Source of the DNA: an uncultured Alphaproteobacteria bacterium
GTDB lineage: Bacteria > Pseudomonadota > Alphaproteobacteria > Rhodobacterales > Rhodobacteraceae
NCBI GenBank assembly: GCA_963798385.1
Contig: CAWCTE010000006.1
Coordinates: 18,646-82,645 of the forward strand
Length of the DNA: 64,000 nt
Direction: 5' to 3'
The notes under the pieces were generated by a model, which searched no databases, had not been told where the DNA came from, and saw only the letters and a list, made by a program, of their open reading frames with translations. Both the position numbers and the translations under genes were made by a program. Within the stretch, counting starts at the first letter, position 1; each line of letters starts with the position of its first letter. Below, one piece after another: positions 42,274 to 53,400 of the stretch.

Positions 42274-44243
42274 ACATGACACTGCCCCGGCCCGATCCGG
42301 CGGCGATCGAGGCTGCCGGCACCGGGTATCTGGCCGCCCGCCAGTATGAGGCCGCCGCCGAGGCCTTTGCCCAGGCGGCCGAGCTCGTCGAGCGCCCCTC
42401 GGCGGAGCTGGCGCTGAAGCTCGCACGCGCCCGGCTCGAGGCCGGCCGCCCCGGAGAGGCCGCCGCGGCGCTCTTCGGCATCGTCGACAGCGGCACCGGC
42501 TTCAGAAATTGGGCGGCGGCGGCCGCGCTTCTCGCCCGCTGCCCGGACGACAGCTGGCCCGGGGTGCGCTACCGGCTCCAGGCCGGGCTGGTTGGCACCT
42601 GGACCACCAACACCTTCGCGCCGCTGCTGCGGCTTGCCGCCGCTCGGCACGGGATCGTGCTGACCATCGACCAGCCGCCGTTCGGACAGTACTTCAACGC
42701 CACCCTGGACCCGGGCTCGGCGCTCCTTGCCGCCGCGCCAGAGGTGCTGGTGCTGGCCCCCGACCACCGGGCGCTGGGGTTTCGCGCCTTCAGCGACACG
42801 CCCGCCGAGGACGTCGCCGCCGAGCTCGAGCGCTGGAGCGGAGTCTGGGAGGCGGTGCGCCGGGCCGCGTCGCCGGTCCTCGTCCAGCTCGGCTTCGCCG
42901 CGCCGGGTGGCGACCCGCTCGGCCATTACGGCGCCGGCGTGCCCGGCGCCCGGCGCAGCATGACCGCGGCGCTCGACGCCGGGCTCGCCGCCCGGGCCGC
43001 GGCCGCGGACGTGGGTTTCGTCGACGTCGCCCGGCTCGCCGCACGCGCCGGCGAGGCGGCGTGGTTCGATCCGCGCGGCTGGTACATGGCGAAGATCCCC
43101 TTCGGCCCCGCGGCGCTGCCGGAGCTGGCCCGCCACACCGCCGCGGTGATCGCGGCGCGGCTCGGGCTGTCGCGGCGGGCGGTGGTGCTCGACCTCGACA
43201 ACACGCTCTGGGGCGGCGTCATCGGCGACGACGGGCTCGGCGGCATCGTGCTGGGGCAGGGGGCCGAGGGCGAGGCCTTCATCGACTTCCAGACGGCGCT
43301 GAAGGAGCTGACCGGGCGCGGCATCGTGCTCGCCGTCGCCTCGAAGAACGACCCGGAGGTGGCCCGGCGGCCGTTCCTCGAGCACCCGGAGATGGTGCTG
43401 AAGCTCGATGACATCGCCGCCTTCGTTGCCACCTGGGGGCCGAAGTCCGAGAGCATCGACCGCATCGCCACCGAGCTCAGCCTCGGGCTCGGGAGCCTCG
43501 TCTTCCTCGACGACAACCCGTACGAGCGCGCCGAGGTGCGCCGGGCGCTGCCGGAGGTCGACGTGCCGGTGCTGCCGGAGGAGCCGATGGGCTTCCGCGG
43601 GGCGCTCGAGGCCTACCCCTACCTCGAGCCTGCAGGCTTCACCGACGCCGACCGCAAGCGCGCCGAGCAGTACCGGGCGCGGGCTAAGGCCGAGGCGGTG
43701 CGGGTGACGTCCGGAAGCCTCGAGGACTACCAGGCGAGCCTCAACATGGTGGCGCGGATCGGCCCGGTCGACGAGGTCAACATGGCTCGCGTCGTGCAGC
43801 TCATCAACAAGACCAACCAGTTCAACCTCACCACCCGCCGGCGCAACCAGGCCGAGCTCGAGGCGTTCCTGGCCGAACCGGGGGCGGAGGCGTTCTGGGT
43901 GCGGCTGTCGGACAAGTTCGCCGATCACGGGCTGATCGCGGTGGCGCTGGCGGCGCGGAAGGGGAGCGCGCTCGAGATCGACACGCTGCTGATGAGCTGC
44001 CGGGTGCTCGGGCGCGGCGTCGAGGCGCTGATCCTGGCCGAGCTCGGGGCGCGGGCGGCGGGGCAGGGGTGCGAGACGCTCGAGGGCAGCTATGTCCCCT
44101 CGGGCCGCAACGGCATGGTCGCCGATCTCTACGCCCGGCTCGGGATGACGGAGACAGAGCGCGCCGAGGACGGCACCACCCGCTGGACGGCGGCGCCTGG
44201 GGCGCTCGCCGCGGCGTCGAACATCGCCGTCGAGCGGGTCTGA
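42270..44243 (+). CDS. FkbH-like glyceryl-transferase/phosphatase (HAD-IIIC) with N-terminal TPR-like region
   Basis: VLDLDNTLWGGVIGDDG, SKND, FLDDNPYE, KTNQFNLT, DKFADHG, LMSCRVLGR. Confidence 0.92.
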   Translation: MNMTLPRPDPAAIEAAGTGYLAARQYEAAAEAFAQAAELVERPSAELALKLARARLEAGRPGEAAAALFGIVDSGTGFRNWAAAAALLARCPDDSWPGVRYRLQAGLVGTWTTNTFAPLLRLAAARHGIVLTIDQPPFGQYFNATLDPGSALLAAAPEVLVLAPDHRALGFRAFSDTPAEDVAAELERWSGVWEAVRRAASPVLVQLGFAAPGGDPLGHYGAGVPGARRSMTAALDAGLAARAAAADVGFVDVARLAARAGEAAWFDPRGWYMAKIPFGPAALPELARHTAAVIAARLGLSRRAVVLDLDNTLWGGVIGDDGLGGIVLGQGAEGEAFIDFQTALKELTGRGIVLAVASKNDPEVARRPFLEHPEMVLKLDDIAAFVATWGPKSESIDRIATELSLGLGSLVFLDDNPYERAEVRRALPEVDVPVLPEEPMGFRGALEAYPYLEPAGFTDADRKRAEQYRARAKAEAVRVTSGSLEDYQASLNMVARIGPVDEVNMARVVQLINKTNQFNLTTRRRNQAELEAFLAEPGAEAFWVRLSDKFADHGLIAVALAARKGSALEIDTLLMSCRVLGRGVEALILAELGARAAGQGCETLEGSYVPSGRNGMVADLYARLGMTETERAEDGTTRWTAAPGALAAASNIAVERV

Positions 44244-44274
44244 CGGCCAGGGACCACCAACGAGCAGGATCACC

Positions 44275-44523
44275 ATGAGCGATATCGACGACCGGCTGAC
44301 CGAGGTCTTCCGCACCACCTTCTCGGACGAGAGCATCGAGCTCGCACCGGAGATGACCGCCGATGACATCCCGGCCTGGGATTCGATCACCCACATCCAG
44401 CTGATCTTCGCCGTCGAGGAGGAGTTCGGGATCAAGCTGTCGATGAAGGACCTGGAATCCCTCGCCGACGTCGGCGCGCTCCGCGCCGCGATCGCCCGCC
44501 ACCTGGAGCGGACCGCCGGCTGA
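44275..44523 (+). CDS. Acyl carrier protein
   Basis: 82 aa, acidic, WDSITH attachment site, EEEFGI. Confidence 0.92.
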   Translation: MSDIDDRLTEVFRTTFSDESIELAPEMTADDIPAWDSITHIQLIFAVEEEFGIKLSMKDLESLADVGALRAAIARHLERTAG

Positions 44524-44539
44524 TCGGCGCCCAATGACG

Positions 44540-44574
44540 AAAAGAACCCTCTGCACAAGTTGTGCAGAGGGTTC
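44540..44574. terminator. Hairpin terminator between convergent genes
   Basis: GAACCCTCTGCACAA-G-TTGTGCAGAGGGTTC with a T-run on the minus strand. Confidence 0.7.
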
Positions 44575-44639
44575 AAGACTTTGATCCGAAACGGAAAAGA
44601 CTCGCGAATTAACCTTCCGTCAACCGGCCCGCACGGGGT

Positions 44640-45311
44640 TCAGCAGCCGGTGCCGACCAGCACCACCCAGACGGTGGCGAAGAGCACCTTGAGGTCGGTG
44701 CCGAGCGACAGACGCCGGGCATAGCGGGTATCGTAGGCGGCGCGGCCGGCGAAGGTGGTGCCGTTGCGGCGGCTGATCTGCCAGAAGCCGGTGATGCCGG
44801 GGCGCAGCCCGTAATAGGCGACGCCCGGATAGAGCGGCGCCTGGTTGGGCAGCATCGGCCGTGGGCCCACGAGGCTCATCTCGCCCCGGAGCACGTTCCA
44901 GAGCTGCGGCAGCTCGTCGAGCGAGTTCCTGCGGATCACGCGCCCGATCCGGGTAATCCGCGGGTCGTCCTTGAGCTTCTGGTTGGTCTCCCACTCGGCG
45001 CGCGCCGCCGGGTCCGCCGCAAGATGCGCCTCGAGCAACTGGTCGGCGCCGACGCACATGGAGCGCAGCTTCCAGATCCGAAAGAGCTGGCCGTTCAGAC
45101 CGATGCGTTCCTGGCTATAGAAGGCCGGCCCGCCGTCGCGCCGCACCAGGACCCCCAGGAGCAGCACCACCGGGAGAAGGATCGGCGCCGCGAGCAACAC
45201 GAAGATGCAGTCGAGAACACGCTTGAACGAGCGCTTGTACAGGCCGACGGGAGCGCCGGCCTGGACGAATCCAGTTTGGCCTATGCTCGCATCGATCTCA
45301 GAATGTGCCAT
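44640..45311 (-). CDS. Priming undecaprenyl-phosphate sugar transferase
   Basis: KRVLD, KLRSM, DDPRITRIG, SLDELPQLWNVLRGEMSLVGPRP. Confidence 0.93.
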   Translation of the reverse strand: MAHSEIDASIGQTGFVQAGAPVGLYKRSFKRVLDCIFVLLAAPILLPVVLLLGVLVRRDGGPAFYSQERIGLNGQLFRIWKLRSMCVGADQLLEAHLAADPAARAEWETNQKLKDDPRITRIGRVIRRNSLDELPQLWNVLRGEMSLVGPRPMLPNQAPLYPGVAYYGLRPGITGFWQISRRNGTTFAGRAAYDTRYARRLSLGTDLKVLFATVWVVLVGTGC

Positions 45312-45784
45312 TATCTACCCACCGACAACACAACTACACCCGCCGAGGCATCTGCGGACCAAACCGGGGGAATGCGGAAGCCTGACTGTCAGGTTCTGTC
45401 TTCCCACCGCCCCAACGCCCGCCCTTCCGGCAGTTCCTTCAGGAGTTCCCCCACGCAGGATCGTTGGGTGAGCTACCCCTCTCACCGGCAGAGATAATGC
45501 ATCTTTAACCCCAAATCTCAAACGAATTTTTCCGAATTTTTAACGACAGCCTTAATCGGCCGACCGGTCCTGCCCCGTCGCCGGGGCAGCCGGGGAGGGG
45601 GGCGGAACGGCGGGTGCGGCGGCCACAAGCACGTGCAAACCGCTGTTCATGCATTCACCAAATCGGGGGATGTGCTTATATAGGCTTCGCGCTATGACGC
45701 AGTGCCGCATGCCGAGTAGTGGTATCGGGTTGGTGTTGACGCAGGGTCCGTCCCGACCCTGCGAGGGGCGGGTACGGGATGGGT

Positions 45785-46630
45785 ATGACGAGTGCACTGA
45801 CGATCTATACCGATCATTTCGGCCTGGCCGAGCGTCCGTTCACGCTGCTGCCCGATCCGGATTTTCTTTACTGGTCGGAGAACCACACCCGCGCCTACGC
45901 GATGCTGGAATACGGCATGCTGACCCACGCGCCGATCACGGTGATAACCGGCGAGATCGGTGCCGGCAAGACCACGCTCCTGCGCCACCTGCTCCGGACC
46001 CTGCCCGAGGAGTTCACCGTCGGGCTGATCTCGAACGCCCAGGGCAACCGCGGCGAGCTCCTGCACTGGGTGCTGATGGCGCTCGGCATCCCGACCTCGG
46101 GGGATGCGACCTACGTACAGCTCTTCGCGCAGTTCCAGGACTTCCTGATCGAGGAATACGCCTCCGGCCGGCGCACCATGCTGATCTTCGACGAGGCGCA
46201 GAACCTCTCGGCGGAGACGCTGGAGGAACTCCGGATGTTCTCCAACATCAATGCCGACAAGGACGAGCTCATCCAGCTGGTGCTGGTCGGCCAGCCGGAG
46301 CTGAAGAATCTGATCTCGCATCCGCGCCTGGTGCAGTTCGCCCAGCGGGTCGCCGCCGAGTACCACCTGCCGGGGATGTCGCCCGAGCAGGTCCAGGCCT
46401 ATATCGGCCACCGCCTGGCGGTGGCCGGCGCCAGCCGGGAGATCTTCACGCCGGCGGCCTGCGAATGCGTGCACCTGGTCAGCCGCGGCATCCCGCGGCT
46501 GGTCAACCAGGTCTGCGACTATGCGCTGGTCTACGCCTTCACCGACGGCCTCGATCTGGTCGATGCCAGCGTGATCGAGCAGGTGGTGGCCGACCGGCAG
46601 ATGCGCGGCAGCCTCAAGGCCGCGCCGTGA
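45785..46630 (+). CDS. ExeA-like AAA ATPase (exosortase-system associated)
   Basis: HFGLAERPF, TGEIGAGKTT, IFDEAQNL, LVGQPEL, GIPRLVN. Confidence 0.9.
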   Translation: MTSALTIYTDHFGLAERPFTLLPDPDFLYWSENHTRAYAMLEYGMLTHAPITVITGEIGAGKTTLLRHLLRTLPEEFTVGLISNAQGNRGELLHWVLMALGIPTSGDATYVQLFAQFQDFLIEEYASGRRTMLIFDEAQNLSAETLEELRMFSNINADKDELIQLVLVGQPELKNLISHPRLVQFAQRVAAEYHLPGMSPEQVQAYIGHRLAVAGASREIFTPAACECVHLVSRGIPRLVNQVCDYALVYAFTDGLDLVDASVIEQVVADRQMRGSLKAAP

Positions 46631-46654
46631 GCGCCCTTCGGGAAGGAAGAGACA

Positions 46655-48203
46655 TTGGGTAACGTCGATCTAAAATTCTATCTGTCGATCTTCCTGCGGC
46701 GGCTGCCGTATTTCATCGTCATCGCCGCGTTCCTGTCGGCGATCGGCATCGCCGTGGCCTCGATCCTGCCGCCGCTCTACAGCTCGACGGCCAAGATCCT
46801 GGTGGAGGCGCCGCAGATCCCCGGGGACATGGCGCGCAGCACCGTGCCGATCGATCCCGTCGAGCAGATCCAGATCATCGAGCAGCGGCTGATGACCCGC
46901 GCCAACGTCCTGTCGCTCGCCGACAAGCTCAAGGTCTATGCCAACCAGCCCGGCATCCCCGCCGACGCGGTCATCGCCGACATGCGGTCGCGCACCGAAC
47001 TCATCCCGACCGCTCCGGGTCGCGGTCCCGGAGCGACGATCATCCAGGTTGCCTTTACCTCGGACGATCCGCAGCAGGCGGCGGCGGTGACCAACGAGCT
47101 CGTCACCCTGATCCTGCAGGAGAACGTCGAACTCCGCACCGGCCGGGCCGAGGACACCCTCGACTTCTTCAAGGGCGAGGTGCAGCGGCTCTCGGGCGAG
47201 CTCGACCGCCAGTCCCAGAAGATCATGACCTTCAAGAAGGAGAACGAGAACGCGCTGCCGGACAGCCTCGCCTTCCGCCGCAGCCAGCAGGCGACGCTGC
47301 AGGAGCGGCTCCTGCAGTACGAGCGCGAGGCGACCTCGCTCCAGGACGAGCGCGAGCGCACGGTGGAGATCTACAAGCGCACCGGCCGGGTGTCGGTGAA
47401 CGCGCCGCCGGGATCCCCCGAAGAGCAGGAGCTCAATGACATGCGCAGCCAGCTGGCGCGCGCCAAGGTGATCTATTCGGAGAGCAATCCCAACATCCGG
47501 CTGCTGGAGACCCGCATCGCCGGTCTCGAGAAGATCGTCGCCCAGCAGCGCGAGGAGCTTGGCGTCGATACCGAGGGCATGTCGGACTACGACATGCAGC
47601 TCGCCCAGATCGACGGGCGGCTGAAGTTCATCGCCGAGGACCAGGCCCGCATCCAGGCCGAGATCGACCAGCTGGACAAGTCGATCCAAGCGACCCCGGG
47701 CAACGAGCTGACGCTCGGCGAGCTGCAACGGGACTATAACAACCTCCAGGGCCAGTACGTTGCCGCGACCGAGCGGCTGGCCACCGCTTCGGTGGGCGAG
47801 CGGCTCGAGGTGATGTCTAAGGGCGAGCGCTTCTCGCTGATCGAGCCGGCGGTGGCGCCGGTCAGCCCCGACAAGCCGAACCGGGTGCTGATCGCCGGCG
47901 CCGGGGTCGGCGGTGGCATCGGCGCGGGCCTCGGCTTCATCCTGCTGCTCGAGCTTCTCAACCGCAGCATCCGCCGGCCGGCCGAGCTCACCTCGCGCCT
48001 CGGCATCCAGCCCTTCGTCACCATCCCCTACATGCGCACCCAGACGAGAGATCCGGATCAAGCGCACGGTGATGCTGGTGGTGCTGGCGCTGATCGTCGT
48101 GGGGATCCCGATAGCCCTCTTGGTGATCCATACCTACTATATGCCGCTCGATCTCTTGATGCGGCGCGCCACGGCCGCAGTCGGCCTCGGCAACCTGTTC
48201 TGA
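46655..48203 (+). CDS. Chain-length regulator / co-polymerase (Wzc N-terminal part), frameshift near 48040
   Basis: Two TM segments around a coiled-coil periplasmic region; GERFSLIEPAVAP..PNR. Confidence 0.85.
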
Positions 48204-48219
48204 CGCGGCGTAGGAGACA

Positions 48220-49038
48220 ATGATGGAACGTATCCAGGCCGCGATCCAGAAGGCCAAGGAGCAGCGCAGCGCCGCCCCGGTGGCGCCCCGGCGTCCGGTC
48301 GAGGGGCGGTCCTGGCCGGCGCCGCGGCCGGCGGGACCGGTATGGGCCGAATTGCAGACCTTCACCCCTGACCCGGGGGTGTTGCGGAACAATCGGATCG
48401 TCACCTACGAGCGCCGCGACCCGGTGCACACCACCTTCGACATGATGCGGACCAAGGCGATCCGGATGATGCGCGACAAGGGCTGGACCTCGGTCGGGAT
48501 CACCTCGCCGACCGCGGACTGCGGCAAGACCACGATCGGGCTCAACCTCGCCTTCAGCCTGGCGCACCAGCCGGACATGCGCACGGTGCTGATGGATCTC
48601 GACCTGCGCCGGCCGGCGATGGCCAAGCACCTCGGGCTCGGCCAGCCGCAGTCGATGGCGAGCGTGCTGCAGGGCACCCGCGAGCTCACCGAGAACTTCG
48701 TGCGCTTCGGCGACAACCTCGCCATCGGCACCAGCGCCCGCGGCATCCGCAGCGCCTCGGAGATCCTCCAGCACGCCGACACCGGCCGGGTACTGGCCGA
48801 GCTCAAGGCGGCGTTTCAGCCCGACATCCTGATCTACGACCTGCCGCCGATGCTGGTGAACGACGACGTGCTGGCCTTCCTGCCGCATGTCGACTGCGTG
48901 CTCCTCGTCGCCGCCGCCGAGCGCTCGCGGCTCGACGAGATCGACAAGTGCGAGCAGGATCTGGCCGACCAGACCAACGTGCTCGGGGTCATCCTCAACA
49001 AGTGCCGCTATCCCGGCGAGGACTACGGCTACTACTGA
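48220..49038 (+). CDS. CpsD/CapB family tyrosine kinase
   Basis: ITSPTADCGKTT, DLDLRRP, YDLPP, C-terminal DYGYY. Confidence 0.92.
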   Translation: MMERIQAAIQKAKEQRSAAPVAPRRPVEGRSWPAPRPAGPVWAELQTFTPDPGVLRNNRIVTYERRDPVHTTFDMMRTKAIRMMRDKGWTSVGITSPTADCGKTTIGLNLAFSLAHQPDMRTVLMDLDLRRPAMAKHLGLGQPQSMASVLQGTRELTENFVRFGDNLAIGTSARGIRSASEILQHADTGRVLAELKAAFQPDILIYDLPPMLVNDDVLAFLPHVDCVLLVAAAERSRLDEIDKCEQDLADQTNVLGVILNKCRYPGEDYGYY

Positions 49039-49081
49039 GCCGCCCGCAGGGGCCCCCGGGGAAGGAGAGGCCGGAGGCGAC

Positions 49082-50462
49082 ATGGACGCAGCCGTTTTCC
49101 CGCCGACCCGCTACGAGCGCCGCCTCGACGCCGCTGCGGCCCGGGGCGATGCGACCGCCGCGGCCTTCGCCTTCGCGGCACGGGCGGCGCGGGCGGCGGT
49201 GCCTGCCGCCGGGGCGCGGGAGGCCGCCCTCCGCGACGTGGCCGCCGGGGTGGCGGCGCCCATGCTCGCCGCCTTCGTGCTCTGGATCCTCCGGGACGCT
49301 GCCGCCCGCGGCATCGTCCGGGTGCATTTCCTCGCCCGCGACGGCCAGGTGCTCCACGAGATCGCCCGGCGGCTGGTGCCGCGGCTGCCGGCGTCCGCCG
49401 GGGGGGCGATCGATGTCCGCTACCTCGCCGCCAGCCGGCAGACCTGGGCGCGTGCGATCAGCGACTCGGCCGATCACCACTGGCTCTGGTACGGCGATCT
49501 GCCCGACACCAGCCTCGACGACGTGCTGCGCCGGCTTGCGGTTCCCGCCGACACCGTGGCCGCGGGTCTCGCCGCTCTCGGCTTCGATCCTGTCGACCGG
49601 GAGCGGCCGCTTACCCCGGCGGAGTTGGCGCGGCTCCGGACCTGGCTCGCCAGCCCAGGCTTCGCCGCCGTCGCTGCACCGGCGCGGGCAGAGAACCGGC
49701 GCCGGCTTCTCGCCCATCTCTCTCAGGAAGGGGTGCTCGACCCGGGCCCGGCGGCGATCGCCGATCTCGGCTGGAGCGGCTCGCTCCACGACGCGCTCGC
49801 CGGGCCTGCTCGCCACCGAGGGAATGGCCCCGGTGGACTGCTATCTCTTCGGCATCGAGCGGGTGAAGGACACGACCTGGCTCGACCGCCGCCACGGCTT
49901 CTATTTCGACCTCAACCGCGGTGCGGGCGCCGACATCTTCGACCGTGCCGTGGACCGGCGCGGCTTTCTCGAGGTGTTCTGCGCGGCCGACCACGGTACC
50001 GTCACCGGCCTCCGCGACGGTGCGGACGGCCGCGTCGAGGTCGAGACCGACCCCGCCTGGGCCGCGCCGGTGGCGGCCTGGGGGCTCGGCACGGTCCGCG
50101 CGGCGATCGCCGCCTTCACCGAGGCGCTCGATCCCGTGGCGCTGTCGGCGGCGGACATCCTCGCCGTCCGCCCGGTGATCGGGGATCTCCTGCACGACTT
50201 CTGGCTTCGCCCGGAACCGGCGGAGGCCCGGGCCTGGGGGGCCTTTCCGTTCAACCTCGGCGAGGGCCATGGCAGTTTCATCGCACCCCTGGCCGAGCCC
50301 TACGACCTCGCCGACATCGGCCGCGGCCTGCGCGGGGCCAGGATCATGAGAAAGCACGAGCATTTCTGGATCGAGGGCGCTCTGGCCGCCACGCCGCCCG
50401 GGCTGCGCACGCTGCTGCGGACCGCGCAGCGGATGCGCCGGTGGCGGCGGGTGAGCCGGTGA
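49082..50462 (+). CDS. Glycan phosphoribosyltransferase-like protein, paralog 2 (frameshift near 49800)
   Basis: VHFLARDG, ADLGWSGS, EVFCAADHGT; colinear with 39971-41362. Confidence 0.65.
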
Positions 50463-50493
50463 GCACTTTGTCACGCGCGCTTTCGCCGCCGGC

Positions 50494-53400
50494 ATGCGAG
50501 CTGGCGCCATCGTGACGGACAGGACCGACGGCGTGCCTCCCCTGGTGACCCTTGCCCTGAAGGCCTTCAATCAGGAGGATATGGTCGCGGCCGCGATCGA
50601 GGCCGCGTTCGCGCAAACCTTCGCGTCTCTGGAAATCCTGCTCTCCGACGATTGCAGCAGCGACGGCACGTTCGCCGTCATGGAGCGGATGGCCCGGCGG
50701 TATCGCGGTCCTCACCGGGTGGCGCTCAATCGCAACGCGACAAATCTCGGGATCGTCGCGCACTGGAACCGAATTGCCGAGATGGCGAGCGGCCGGCTGC
50801 TGGTCGAGGCCGCGGGCGACGACATCTCGGAACCGGGGCGGATCGAAAAACTGGTCTCGGCGTGGACATCCGGCGCCGGCCGGGTCAGGGCGGTCCACTC
50901 AGCCTTCATGGAGATCGACGAGCACGGAAAGCCGCTGGGGCGGGCAGAGCCCGACCGCCGGATCATCGACGGTCCCGGCCCGGATCCGCTCACGTTGCTC
51001 AGGACATCGGCAAACTGCGTCGGCGCCACGGCAGCCTGGGACCGCGAGGTCTTCGACCGCTTCGGGCCCATCCCCGAAGACTGCGAGGTCGAGGACGGCG
51101 TGCTGTTCTTCCGCGCGGCGCTGCTCGGGGACATCGCCTATGTGGACGAGCCGCTGATCAGGTATCGGACAGGGGGGCTTTCCCGGCGCCAGCCGAGATC
51201 GCCGGGCTACGATTACCTCTATGGCGACCGCATCAAGTTCCTGCGGTGGCAGGTCACCAATGCCCGCGCCTTCCTGCAGGATCTCGACAGGATCGAGGTG
51301 GCCGGGAAGGCCGAGTATGAACGCCTCTGCCGCGAGATCATCGGCCGCACCGGATTCGAAGTCGCGCTCGCGCAGCGGGGGCCGCTGTCCAGGGTGGCGG
51401 CGTTGCCGCGCGCGGCCGCCCGCAGTGTCCGGTCCCGCGACGGCTTCTTCGCGAAGCAGACGCTCAAGCATGCATTCGGTCCGGCCTATGTGGCGTATCA
51501 CGATCGGCGCCCGAAAGCGTGGCTCAGGTCCGGTCCCGCGGGCCAGTGGCTGCACCGGCGCCTGGAGGAGCTCGAGGTCGACCGGGATCTTGCAGGGCGC
51601 GGCGGCCTGCGATGGCGCCGCTCCCGCCCCTGTCCCAAGCCGGTGTTCGACGCGGGCGGCGCCCAGATCGGGTCGCGCCTCTATGTGGTCTGCGGCTACG
51701 GGTCGCTGGACGCCTGCAGCGACGAGATCTTCGTTTTCGACATGGCGCGCGAGCGCTGGGTGCGGCGCATAGCCACGCCGCCGGAGCTTGCCCATTCGCA
51801 CTGCGCCGTCGCCGCGGATGGCGAGCGCTTCATCTATTTCGCCTCCGGACAGCTCGGTCCGCAATGCCGGCCGGCGGTGCGCGACGCCTTCTCCTACGAC
51901 ACCCTCGAAGACCGCTGGCACCGGCTTCCGCCGGTTCCCGCGCCGCGCTATGCCGCCGCGATGGAGCTCTGGCACGGGCGCCTGCATTTCATCGGCGGTG
52001 CGGCCGAGGACCGCTGGACGCCGACGGCGGACCACTGGAGCCTGGGCGTCCTGGACGGCAAGCCGGACGAGGACGGATGGCGAGCCGAGCAGCCGGTGCC
52101 GGTCGCCGGGATGCATCGTGCGAGCGCCGTCGTCGATGGCCGGCTCTTCCTGTTCGGGGGCCAGCAAGGCGACTTCCAGCCCATCCCGGGCGATCCGGAC
52201 TGCAGATGCACGGGCGCCACGCGGGAGACCTACCTTTCCTGCGCGTTTCGCCTCGACCACCCCTCCGCCTCTTGGGAGCGGATCGCGGATCTGCCGATAG
52301 CGGTGTCTCATTGCGACTCCGCCGCGGTCGTCGTGGATGGCCGGGTGCTTCTCCTCGGCGGGCAGGTCTACAAGGATCCGCAGCGGTTCTACCTGCGGCT
52401 CACCGACGCGATCCAGGCCTACGACGTCGAGTCGGATCGCTGGACGATCTCCGGCCATCTGCCCTACCGGCTGAAGATTCCCGTCGCCGGTCTCCTTGAC
52501 CGGCAACTCTGCGTGACGACGGGCCAGCGGGGAAAGGGGCAGGGGGAAGAGCCCGGCCCGATCAGCCTGGACACCTGGAAGGCGACCCTGCCCGCGTATT
52601 CGGCCGAGAGGCCGCCGCTGCGGTCCCCGCTGTCGGGAAAGAGCATCCTCCTGATCTCGCACGATCTCTCCCGGACCGGCTCGCCGCTCCTCCTCGTGGA
52701 AACGGCACGGGCGATGATCGAGGCCGGCGCGACGGTTCGCCTGGCAAGCGCGGCCGACGACGTGGACGGCTGGACCCTCGCCTCGGAGTTCCGGATTCCC
52801 CGCATTCCCATCGAGACCGCCGTTCCCCTCGCCCGGGACGCGGATCTGATCGTGGCGAACACCGCCAGCGAAACGACGAAGGCCTGGGTCACGACCTGCC
52901 TCGACACCGATCCCGGACTTGCAAGGAAGCTCGTCTGGTGGATCCACGAGATCGACGTGGATCTCTATCGGGCGAACATGGCGCCGCTCGAGAAGGTCGC
53001 GCTGGCGCTCTTCGACAGCGAGGCGGCACGGGCGGCGTGGGCCGGGACGGTCCGGTTGCCGCGCCAGACCCGGGTCATCCATCCCGCCTTGAGCGAACCC
53101 TTCGTGGAGGCGGCGCAGCAGCCGAGCCTTCCGTTTCCGCAGGACCGCCGGCACTCCCGGCGCGGGAAGTGCCCGGAACTCGGGCGCGCGGACATCCGCA
53201 AGCGCCTGGAGGTCGCGCCGGACGACTTTCTCGTCTGCTGCATCGCCACGTTCCTGCCGCAGAAGGGCCAGCGGATGCTGATCCGGACGGTGGCGCGGGC
53301 CGCGCTCGAGGGCGGGCTGCCGCTCAAGTTGCTCATCGTCGGCCTGAAGGACGACCGTCAGCGCGCGGCGCTGCTCCGGGATCTCGGTCCGGAGGAAAGG

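Noticed and set aside
45540-45555. TTAA-N8-TTAA as a CtrA box
   Set aside because: The spacer is 8 rather than 7 bp, so it was not counted, although an indel error is possible.
4861-53154. Long antisense ORFs (e.g. 4861-7434, 9672-12563, 20901-23408, 41901-44576, 50899-53154)
   Set aside because: Shadow frames of real genes in high-GC DNA, with no recognisable motifs.
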